From Oopsacas minuta (lineage: Eukaryota; Animalia; Porifera): a stretch of DNA of 64,000 nt. Within the stretch, counting starts at the first letter, position 1; each line of letters begins with the position of its first letter. This document shows, one piece after another, positions 23,393-33,081 of this stretch. The notes beneath the pieces are model-generated. The model was not told the origin of the DNA. It searched no databases and saw nothing but the letters and a program-made list of their open reading frames with translations. Position numbers and translations under genes: made by a program. Where the stretch lies: contig JAKMXF010000011.1 in the NCBI GenBank assembly GCA_024704765.1, positions 665,557 through 729,556 on the forward strand. The letters are read 5' to 3'.

Positions 23393-24112
23393 AAAGGTGT
23401 GGAAATTCACCTTATAAAATATTAATACTAGGTGCAATAACCAAAATCCTAAGTCTTGATCCCCCAGCTGATAATAAATCATTCGTATAAATCTAAGTGA
23501 TATACTTAAAACACACAAAATTCAATACAAAATTCTATGTATAGTGTAATAATTATTGTAAGGAAATTGGAAAAGGGATAAGAAAATAAATAATTATACT
23601 AAAATATTAAATGATAAGATGTGTCTTTATCGTGTGAACAAGTGAAGAAGCGTTACGAATTATCTAGAATTGTAATTTACATAAGAGATAATGAATTTTA
23701 AATAGCGAAATAAAGGTGACAGGGGCGGCAAAATTTCTAACAATTTAGAGATCCAGGGGGCCTCAAGCCCCTGGGCCCCCTTCCTTATGCCCCCACCTAT
23801 CCCTTGGTTCGGTACCTATGAATTGTGGGGGCGATACCAAAATTGTTCGTTTAGAACCAAAAGCACCAGCCGAGAATGCCTGGCCAGTTTCGGTCAAATC
23901 ATGGGGTCCCTCTTCACAAAACACTTCATTCCACATCAGTCATGAGGATTCCTTCGTTTCGTTGTATAATCTGTATTTATATCCCTCTAAACAACTTAAA
24001 AACCCAAAACATTCCTGATTCTATATTCTGCAGTTGAGAAATTCATCCCAAAAAATTACCCTGTAATTCCCGTATATACCAAAGAATATTCTACAAACCT
24101 GAATAAGTGACG

Positions 24113-25000
24113 TCACTCTATGTAAGGCTGTCTCTTCCTTAATCTCCGTACCTGTATATTACTCTCTTCTAGCAGATTGCTATCTTCTAAATCCCCCGTA
24201 TAAAGCTTACATGACAGTAGACTAATAATAGAAACTACACAGATAATCAGGCTAATAATGAGACATAGAATAGTCATGGCACACACGGATAGCAGATAAG
24301 GAGCAGTCCTGTCTAGTCCCTGACAGGATGGGATGAGTGTCTCCATGAAATAGAATTGATTCTCTATCTCAGGGGGGAAGAAGTTGGAGCTAGATAGAAA
24401 AGAAGAACAGTAAATAAGAATATTTTGTGCACTTAAAAGGACGAACAAATCAACACATTAGCACTATAATTGTTCCATTACAATTACATGATACTCTACA
24501 TATGTAAAGTTTCGAAATTCGGGTATAATTTTTTCAATATATTCTTCATGCGTATTCACTAAAAATATATTTCCAAGAAATATTGTTACTTTGACGGTTT
24601 AGGACCATATTTGTACAATTTTAGAATTTGATATAAGTGAGTATTTCTATATTTCCGTATTCGATATAACGGAAGTTGAATGTATACGATAATTATCGTT
24701 ATGTACTTACACATTATTGAATAAACAGAAGCTAGTAAGTGTTACACCAGGTGCTGATACATTAAGAGCAGCTGTTACGTCATCAACACCTCTAGCATAC
24801 ACAATACTACCGTAGAAACATGTGAGAGCTCCGGAGAATATACAGGTTAATACAGAGAGAATACAAAGAGGAGGTACAGACAAAGTCTAGGGGAATACAA
24901 GAAGATTATTATTGCATATATGATAGATAAATACAGTTACAATAGACTGAGCTGTGACACGACCTTCGATATATAAGGGCTGATTACTAATTTGTACCAT
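24113..25000 (-). CDS. Uncharacterised 170-aa protein with two TM helices, 3 exons (orphan)
   Basis: Exons 25000-24941, 24886-24711, 24389-24113 join in frame through GT-AG introns: MVQISNQPLYIEGRVTAQSITLSVPPLCILSVLTCIFSGALTCFYGSIVYARG...APYLLSVCAMTILCLIISLIICVVSIISLLSCK...RRLRKRQPYIE. I recognise no family. Confidence 0.65.
24487..24682. mobile_element. MITE family A (inverted), intron of the 2-TM orphan
   Basis: ctttgacggtttaggaccatatttgtacaatttt core; ttcgatataacggaagttgaatg|ta end. Confidence 0.7.
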
Positions 25001-25227
25001 GGATGATTTGAAGTGCATTAAACTAGGAATCAAATTTTGGTATTTTCGATGATATGAAAATGGTACAGTTTGGCTTCAATAAATGTATTCTTACTAGATA
25101 GCAGCTAAGCGGTCCTCATTTCGCTCGCGCTCCCTACTCAGAAAAGGAGCGCACTCCGGCTCCCGATGCAGGTAATCAGGATTGAATTTAACCATAAATG
25201 ATATCACTGCTTAGTTAAAAGGAAATA

Positions 25228-25399
25228 CAGTCTGCCCTTATTGTGAACCCCCACGGGACCAAAAATCTTTTTCATTATAGAGAGAATATTAGTAACAAGC
25301 GAGACATTGATTATATGTTGTCGAAATGCTCCATTTTCCCTTAATCGAGGGAAATGGCCAGCTGGTCCTGAAGTAACACTATTAAACGAAGCCGACTGT
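25228..25399. mobile_element. MITE family D (TA-flanked, CAGTC termini)
   Basis: ta|cagtctgccc...gccgactg; the internal acgggaccaaaaatctt is shared with 53278-53442. Confidence 0.6.
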
Positions 25400-25502
25400 G
25401 ACCTCATATCAGCCCCCCCGTACATCAACACAACAAACACACTACATCATACATACGTGAATAAATATGATTAATATAAGAGTTCAGGTTGCCTATGACG
25501 TA

Positions 25503-26435
25503 TCATAATATTTTCTTAATCGCAGTTTTTTTCTCTTCACTAAGTTTCATAGGGAATATAACATCAAAGGAAATTATCAAATTTCCCATACAATCTGTAT
25601 TATCTATAGAAGGCATTCCTTCTCCCTTCACTTCTTTAGTATAACCAGGCCGAACTATATCGTTAACCGGTATTCTAATCTCACGGCCGTCTAGCGTATG
25701 CATTGGTATGGTACAACCGGATAAAGCTTCCACGAGTTTTATTCTTGCGGTATATTTCAGATCTAGCCCCGAGCGGATGAAACGTGTATGCTTCTTATCA
25801 CGTATAATAAAAGTTATATCAGCTGGTATAGCATTAGGACCCTGATCTCCTTCTTTAGGGAATGTTATTTTTGTTCCCTCTTGTATTCCAGGATTTATCC
25901 TGATTGTAAGAATCTTATCCTTAAGGGAAGTAGTCACACCATCCTCATTCATAACTCTTCTAGATATTTTCATTTTCTTAGTACAACCTAGGTATATTTC
26001 CTCAAGGCTAAGCTGTAATTCACGCTCAACAGGTGGGTCTTGTCGCGGCTGTACGAGCCCTGCTACTCCAGAGAATGCAGGCGGTTCTGAGAGGCCAGAC
26101 ACATTGAAGTAGTCGGCGAATGGATTGTCACCACCGAAAAATTCGTGAAAAGTTCTGAGATAATCTCCATGATAAGCGTATCCTTCTAGAAACTTTCCAT
26201 CACATGGCACACCCACTTTCAACGCTTCTTCACCAAACTGATCGTATATAGCCCGTCTTTCTAGATCTGACAATACATCATAAGCCTCTGATACTTCTAA
26301 GAACCGATCTTTAGTCCCAACCTCTCTATTACTGTCTGGATGGTATTTCAGAGCTAGTACTCTGTAGGCTCTCTTCACATCCATGCTCTGACATGAACGT
26401 TTTATACCTAGAATCAGGTAGTAGTCCTTGCCCAT
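25503..26435 (-). CDS. DNAJB13: DnaJ homolog subfamily B member 13 (radial spoke RSP16), single exon
   Basis: J domain (MGKDYY...YHPD), FHEFFGGDNPF, and LSLEEIYLGCTKKMKISRRVMNEDGVTTSLKDKILTI, which is DNAJB13-type rather than DNAJB1/4/5. Confidence 0.92.
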   Translation of the reverse strand: MGKDYYLILGIKRSCQSMDVKRAYRVLALKYHPDSNREVGTKDRFLEVSEAYDVLSDLERRAIYDQFGEEALKVGVPCDGKFLEGYAYHGDYLRTFHEFFGGDNPFADYFNVSGLSEPPAFSGVAGLVQPRQDPPVERELQLSLEEIYLGCTKKMKISRRVMNEDGVTTSLKDKILTIRINPGIQEGTKITFPKEGDQGPNAIPADITFIIRDKKHTRFIRSGLDLKYTARIKLVEALSGCTIPMHTLDGREIRIPVNDIVRPGYTKEVKGEGMPSIDNTDCMGNLIISFDVIFPMKLSEEKKTAIKKIL

Positions 26436-27139
26436 AGCGAATAATGCTAGTTACGGTGTGTATAGTATAAGATCAAATATTGTAATAGACAACGAAATTA
26501 TGTGAAGAAATACAATTCAAAATACAAGTAATAACAATACCTTAAATTTCCAAGTAGATTAATCATAATGGAAAAATTGAAATACAGTTGATGCATGTTA
26601 TAAGAACCCTTAGGTGTAGCAATATATGCTCTTATTGCTAAATAAAATATGCAGAAATATATGAGAACCAGGTGGTTATATATGGTTTCCGAACACTCTC
26701 CTAGCACCCTCCAGAATTTTCATACGCAAAAAATCAGAAAATTAGTGTCACTGTATAGGGAAAGATCCTATATTTTCACGATCTAAATATAATTTCATCA
26801 GAGTCATGCGCCAAGAGGAGCATCCGCGCTACCAGATAAACTCTTGAATTGAGAACCGTTTTTAAGAGGTTAGTCCCGGTTTAAGCGGGATTTGGGGATC
26901 CAGATATTTAGAGCTCCCCGTCCCTAAAACGCTAGCGATATAGTGACGGGGGAGGGGAGAATCGCTAGCGTTTTGTGGGTGGGGAACCCTAAATCGCTGG
27001 CTTACACCGGCGTTCTTATAACCAACATCCAATGTATTTCGCCAGCTTGCTGTAAAAACTTTCAAAGATGTAAGAGACAATAAACTAACTATTCAAAATG
27101 AAGAATGCAATGATTGTATACAATAATGACATAGCTCTA

Positions 27140-27590
27140 TTTTGGATTAAGGTCAAAAGTCAATGAAAACCTCTAAGGCCATAACTTATATATTCGAATG
27201 GAAGCTAACTAATATCCATAGAAGTCTACATACTGTGGTAAGTCCGTTATACTTGTAATATATGGAGCAAGTAAAAGGATACAAATGTGAATAATTAAGT
27301 TACTTACGATAAGGATGAGCTTGCTTGGCCAAGTTAGCACTGCTACAAGTCCAGTTACTTCAATCTAGTGAAAAGTAGATAATATGGGAAAATGAATTTT
27401 CGAGGCCTTTATTATTGATGAAATAAATTACCAGTATTGCTAGCCAGATAGGAGATAGAGAGATACCGACATTATCAATGAATAGATAGCTAGATACTCC
27501 TAGAAGAGGTAGAGCTAGTATTACCAGCACAGCACCCAATATAGTCTGTAATGTGAGTAAGTAGAATCTGTTCTGGAGCTTGTAACACAT
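27140..27590 (-). CDS. Tentative small multi-pass membrane protein (2-3 exons)
   Basis: ATG at about 27590 (MCYKLQNRFYLLTLQTILGAVLVILALPLLGVSSY...). A possible intron gtaattt...cactag leads to an exon IEVTGLVAVLTWPSKLILI, followed by a gtaagt donor. The last exon is ambiguous. Confidence 0.35.
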
Positions 27591-28392
27591 GAATTCAGTA
27601 GCTATATATGACAAGGAGGATATCAGAAATATATACAAATATCAAAGTATTAGAAATGTAGCCTTCAGGATATAGAAATTGTTTTGTGATCAGTTCCGAC
27701 AGTTTGTTCCAAGGCAGATTTGAATTTGATAGAGAAATAAAAATTAGTTTTCAAGTTTACTCTTATCAACATTACTGCATTATTCCGCGAGATACCAAAT
27801 TAGGCATAAAGAATAACTTCATTCTCATATAATTATAATCAATAGTAGTTATTGTAGCTATGTCTACAAGTAAATTGGCCGACAAACCAAAGTTGTTTTT
27901 GTATAAATTTGTATAAACAGGCGCCAAACTCGGGGTAGGGGCCTGAGCCCCGGCCCCTGCCTTGGTTACATCCCCATGGCCCCCAGAAGCTAATACAACA
28001 GCGCCCCTGATGATACATTTTGTGGGATAAGTAGCTACCATTGCTTGGGAAAGGATCATGGTCTTTATCTTTATCTTTATCTACAATTTTTATGCTAGGG
28101 ACGGATTATTGGTAATACTTATAAGTAATAAACGATTCCATTCGGAGGGATCAGTGTCTTTAATTCTTTATCTGTTTAAAAAATGTTGGGGAAGTTTTTC
28201 CCCGTAATTCCGCATGCGGATATATCTATTAATTAATAATTTTGAATCCGCGCGTGGAATGACTTTTTACGCATACGAATTTACATATTCCGCATGCGAA
28301 TTTACATTTTGAATAACTCACTATTGCTAAGATCCTTGGTATTAAAGCATATAGAATTTTATAAATCCCTCGATTATCATTCTATTCAAAAA

Positions 28393-28686
28393 ATGACTTG
28401 GATTATTTTACTGACATCTATATCCTCAATAATTCTCCTACACCTCCTGAGCTCACTTATCGGATGGAGAGCTTTCTACCACCTCAAAATGGGTGTAGTG
28501 ATGCTGGACATTTCTCTATTAGCTAGTTTGATACTGAAAATATTCTCAAGCAGTATTGTAAACCTATTCATAATAGGCTTGTATTATTACTCCGGAATAC
28601 TCATACCTTTCTGGCACGAGATTGCATGGGGGCTCACTGTACCCTTTGGGATTGTCTTGTCAGAGAACTGTTTTATGGTTTGCTAA
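28393..28686 (+). CDS. Tentative hydrophobic ORF of about 97 aa
   Basis: MTWIILLTSISSIILLHLLSSLIGW...; 3-4 hydrophobic stretches and no recognised family. It could be a chance AT-rich ORF. Confidence 0.3.
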   Translation: MTWIILLTSISSIILLHLLSSLIGWRAFYHLKMGVVMLDISLLASLILKIFSSSIVNLFIIGLYYYSGILIPFWHEIAWGLTVPFGIVLSENCFMVC

Positions 28687-28863
28687 CAATATATTATTGG
28701 CTTCGGTATAACTTATACTGCAATGAATAGATCGCATGAATGATTCACTATTCGCTGTATTTTCAGCATATCTTCCTATGAATGTACTTTATTGAGTATA
28801 TCTTGTAAAATATTACTTTATGCATTAATTATGATTTCAATACGATGTAATTTGCAAATAGCA

Positions 28864-30864
28864 ATGAATCAGCAAAGAATAGTTATACGTTGTGTTGTGT
28901 TATTCGTTGCGTTCATATGCTGCGTACTTTTGCTAACGGATAAATCAAGATTGTCTGAAAGGATGAAACAAATTCTAAACATTGACCAAATTGAATCAAT
29001 ACAAAGACAGTTAGAACGTTTTGACTCGAGTTTCCCAACAACAACTAAAGCCACACAATATGTTAGTCCTGATGAAGTGGAAATTTCCGCAGAGCCTTAT
29101 ACTTTACCATATATGCGAGGTTGGTTAAACTTCAGTCACAAAATCACGCAAATCAAATCTAGAAATAATGTAGAAAATATTCCATATGCTAATCCTGTAA
29201 CAACCAGGAAATCTCAGGGATATTTAGAAGTGTATATCTGGTGGGAATCTTGCTATACCAGTGTAAATGCATTCAAGGCGGGTCTAGGTTTTCCATTTGC
29301 TCCACATGTTAAACTCTACACACAATCTTTATTCATTCGTCGTGGAAGGGGTTTTTATGCAGAGCGTATTTTCGGTTACCTACAACCAATTAATCGCGGT
29401 TTATTTCGCTTCTCTCTTACAACTTTGGATTCAGTTGAAGTTTGGCTGAGTAAAGATTCAAATCCACAACATTCTTTGTTAATTATCTCAACAGCAAGTA
29501 AAGAAAATACTGGTACATTATCTCAAGAATCAGCGTATATTATGCTAGGATTAGAATCATGTTATCTCGAAATATTACACCTTGTAGCTAGCCAGGATGA
29601 CATGTTTGCTTTACAATGGAAACCTCCAAACCATTCTAACTACACTCTTATACCAAGCAAACTTTTCAAGGTATTATCCACACAAACACACTTGAAATTA
29701 CCATCAACACTACCAATGCATTTGACACATACAATTGGTGAAAAACATGAAAATAGACAAGCGAGCCAATTACATAGAATACCATGGAAAATTTATAAGG
29801 ACAGTTTTTCAGCTTGTCAAGATATGGATGTATTTGCTACATCACATATTTTATCACAATACTACGGTGTATTTGAACTTGTCTATACTAAAATATACCC
29901 AGACGATAGTTCACAAATGTATAACGTTATGGAACATAAACATAAATCGTTGTCAATCACTGGTAACGAATATTTGCCGCAGGGAACTATTGAGAATATA
30001 ATATCCTTGTTTTCATCACAGACTTATCTTGCTTTTTCCGCGGTTAATCTCGTAATTTCGAGTGTAAATTCGGTTGAGGAAAAGCTCATTAAAGGATCGA
30101 AAACTCGTTATTTAATCGACTTGACACTAAAAGACACTAAAACATTAGAAAAATATCGATTTGTAGATTATCTATTCATGGAAGGGAGAATATTACCAAA
30201 ACTCTGCATAATTCCAAACTACCATATAAGTCCATTAACTCCATTCATATACTTTATCATAATAGTCAAGAACTTGGCTCAACCCCTTTTGGCATTTATA
30301 TTAGAGCTCGAAAAGTTGTCATATGGAACAGGTGATGACAAATACGGACTTATTGTTGTTGATTTTATGAGTACAGATAAAAATGTTTCCCTCATGTTAT
30401 CAACTTCTCATTTGAGGGATTATAAATACATATCTATGTCCGGACCATTCATTAAAGTACAGGGCCAAAATGCTGCGTTGCAGAGTGTGAACGATAATGA
30501 CGTCATATTATTCTTATGTGATTTACATCTACATTTACCGTCTACTATTCTTGATGAAGTACGGACACATACTATAAAAGGAATCTCAGCTTATGCTCCT
30601 GTTCTTTTTCGTCTACAGTGCGGACATTCTCTCGTTAACCCTCTTGGGTTTTGGGAGATATGGGGCTCGGGACTGTTCGCTTTGTTCCGATCAGATTGGC
30701 TAATTCTAGGAGGTATGGACACGGATAAGTATTCGAAAAGTTGGGGAGGTGAAGATTCGGATTTGTTAGACAGGACATTATCACTTGGCTATGAAGTAGA
30801 GAGGAAAGCTCTACCTGGATTAGCGCACTTTTATCACACACATTTTGGTCTATGGGATGAATGA
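28864..30864 (+). CDS. B4GALNT3/4: Beta-1,4-N-acetylgalactosaminyltransferase 3/4-like (PA14 + GT7 domain), single exon
   Basis: Type II TM after the ATG at 28864. PA14 segment RIFGYLQP...VEVWLSKD...YLEILH. Catalytic LFLCDLHLH, FWEIWGSGLF, WGGEDSDLLDR and HFYH match B4GALNT3/4. Confidence 0.9.
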   Translation: MNQQRIVIRCVVLFVAFICCVLLLTDKSRLSERMKQILNIDQIESIQRQLERFDSSFPTTTKATQYVSPDEVEISAEPYTLPYMRGWLNFSHKITQIKSRNNVENIPYANPVTTRKSQGYLEVYIWWESCYTSVNAFKAGLGFPFAPHVKLYTQSLFIRRGRGFYAERIFGYLQPINRGLFRFSLTTLDSVEVWLSKDSNPQHSLLIISTASKENTGTLSQESAYIMLGLESCYLEILHLVASQDDMFALQWKPPNHSNYTLIPSKLFKVLSTQTHLKLPSTLPMHLTHTIGEKHENRQASQLHRIPWKIYKDSFSACQDMDVFATSHILSQYYGVFELVYTKIYPDDSSQMYNVMEHKHKSLSITGNEYLPQGTIENIISLFSSQTYLAFSAVNLVISSVNSVEEKLIKGSKTRYLIDLTLKDTKTLEKYRFVDYLFMEGRILPKLCIIPNYHISPLTPFIYFIIIVKNLAQPLLAFILELEKLSYGTGDDKYGLIVVDFMSTDKNVSLMLSTSHLRDYKYISMSGPFIKVQGQNAALQSVNDNDVILFLCDLHLHLPSTILDEVRTHTIKGISAYAPVLFRLQCGHSLVNPLGFWEIWGSGLFALFRSDWLILGGMDTDKYSKSWGGEDSDLLDRTLSLGYEVERKALPGLAHFYHTHFGLWDE

Positions 30865-31191
30865 ATATTTTATTTATCACATCAGCTGACTATACTTTAG
30901 CTGACTATACTTTCCAGATAAAAATATATCTCACTTATGTAAATTATTGAAGTATTTGTCTATCATCCTATATTGGTTTAGCTGGTCCACGGGTGAAAAG
31001 GGTCGGAAACCCTCCTCTAAATATTCCCCTGTATTATTATATTTGCTATTTTGTCATAAGGTCCCCAATAAATACACTGATTAAAGAATATGATCCCAGA
31101 TAACAGTAACCAAAAGTTGTATTCAAATATTAACTAAATTAAGTGAAGTTTATTTTCTGTAATTATTGTATTTATACAGCCATACTTAGGC

Positions 31192-32604
31192 ATGAGTTGT
31201 CATCTTCCTACGGATGGATTTGGTACTGTAGCATGGTGGGGCTTCACCCCTGCTATAGATCTGATCCCCCTCCTACCTCCATCTCACAATACAGCTAAAG
31301 AAATACACATTCTGCTCGTGGGTGTATCCGATCTCCGTCATGTTATACGTACACTTGGAACACATCTCCCTACATACAAGTATAATGACGTCACGTTTCA
31401 TTTTTACATAGCAGAGAACTGTGTTGAAGTTTTAACCCGTGAGATTATGTTTTCTATCCTGCTCACTGAGCCACTGGCAGTAATTGGCCTTCAGGAACGA
31501 GTTGAGTTGTATTTAGAATTATTAGGAAATTTACATATTCGATCACAAACATTTGAGTATTTAAAAGCTGTGTCAAACAAACTTATAAATCTTATCACAG
31601 ATTTAGACGAAATGCATATTGAATTTCCGTTCATTGATATCACAAAACTGAAGTTCAAAGAGAGAGACCAGATTGAGTCTGTTTTGAAATTCTGGCGGTC
31701 AGATGATGTAAAGTTTTTCGAGGCTTCTTCTCTCTGGGACAAGAGATTGAGAGGATATTTATCGAATAGATATGATTCAAAAGAGGGGGTTTTTGATTGG
31801 GATTTTAACATGAAAATGTTAGAACAAACTAAATTGATTAATGGTCATGAATATTGTGTCTGGAGAAGTGAAGGATTAGCTTTTAATATCCGATCAGATG
31901 CGCTATATAACACACCAAATAGATCGTTAGCTTCAGGTGTGATAATCCGCAGACACGGGGAAGAAGTTAAAATCCGTGGTTACTGGGGTGATATTATAGT
32001 TGGTCCGTTTATATGTTTTGGGATTGAAACGAATAAGAAGGAATTGAAAGAGAAATCTAGTCTTCCACATGCTAGGAGTTCTGAAGACATATCAGTTGAT
32101 AATCTCACTAGATATCTACATCAAATGACGTCACATACTATTTATAAGGAATCTATCGAGCCTATGAAATTGGAAAAGGTTTATGAAGTTAGTGAAGATT
32201 ATGAGATTTCTTCCCCAGAAGCGGTTGAAGGTGCAAATGCGAAATTTAACAAGCCAGAAGATGGAATTATTAACCTCAAATCGGTGTTCCATTTTCTACC
32301 ACTATCATCTCCAGGTGATTTACCTAACAGGTCAAAATACTCTGAACTATTCTCTCTCGCTTACTTTTCTAATACGTCACTACATTCATTGGTACCAGAA
32401 ATCTCAGAAATAATGTCACCAGATGGTGTATTGGTTCTAGAGAGTTCTAATTATCTTATAGAATTTAATAAAGAGCAACATTCTAGGTATAGAGAAGTAA
32501 TGACGTCACGAGCTCAAACAGCTCTGTTTGAATTGGATGAGTTACAAACTGGGAGTGGTAACCCGGATCACTTTATTTACAAACGAAACATGCCATCAAC
32601 ATAA
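31192..32604 (+). CDS. DNAAF3: Dynein axonemal assembly factor 3 (PF22), single exon
   Basis: GFGTVAWWGFTPAIDL, YLSNRYDSKEGVFDWD, PNRSLASG and RGYWGDIIVGPFICFG. Confidence 0.95.
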   Translation: MSCHLPTDGFGTVAWWGFTPAIDLIPLLPPSHNTAKEIHILLVGVSDLRHVIRTLGTHLPTYKYNDVTFHFYIAENCVEVLTREIMFSILLTEPLAVIGLQERVELYLELLGNLHIRSQTFEYLKAVSNKLINLITDLDEMHIEFPFIDITKLKFKERDQIESVLKFWRSDDVKFFEASSLWDKRLRGYLSNRYDSKEGVFDWDFNMKMLEQTKLINGHEYCVWRSEGLAFNIRSDALYNTPNRSLASGVIIRRHGEEVKIRGYWGDIIVGPFICFGIETNKKELKEKSSLPHARSSEDISVDNLTRYLHQMTSHTIYKESIEPMKLEKVYEVSEDYEISSPEAVEGANAKFNKPEDGIINLKSVFHFLPLSSPGDLPNRSKYSELFSLAYFSNTSLHSLVPEISEIMSPDGVLVLESSNYLIEFNKEQHSRYREVMTSRAQTALFELDELQTGSGNPDHFIYKRNMPST

Positions 32605-33081
32605 TACACATTATTGCATTGTAATTCAAAGGTCTATCGCCTTTATTATTATGAAACTCATAACAATATTGCCGAATTTATAACTTCAGTCTATCATGAA
32701 TATTAAACTGTGGGAATGTCAATTAATTCATGAGTGCCTTTATAATTTCAAACTAGCTGGGTAGGACTTGCTTATAGCCCTTAAATATTTTAATGGATGT
32801 GTGTAATTGTGTATTTCCCTTATGGCTAACTAAACGCAAATTTTTGTGAGGATATGTGGAAGCTGCGCTCACTCAGAGATGCCCGCTCTTACGGGTTAAG
32901 TCTACGGATTCTCGCGGCTCTAGCTGTAAAACATCACGGATTTGTGAGACGCCAGGTTGGCATCAATGGTTCAATCCACTATCAATATAATTACAATAGT
33001 TTAACTCTATATTTGTGTTAAAGGAATTGTTTAACATATCGTTATACTCATGTACTAATTAGCTGTTATCCATACCGTATA

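Noticed and set aside
32880-32985. tRNA-Sec-like words (GCCCG start, tagctgt, tggttcaatccac)
   Set aside because: There is no TCA anticodon arm and no matching 3' acceptor strand, the spacing is too long and the T-loop is the wrong size.
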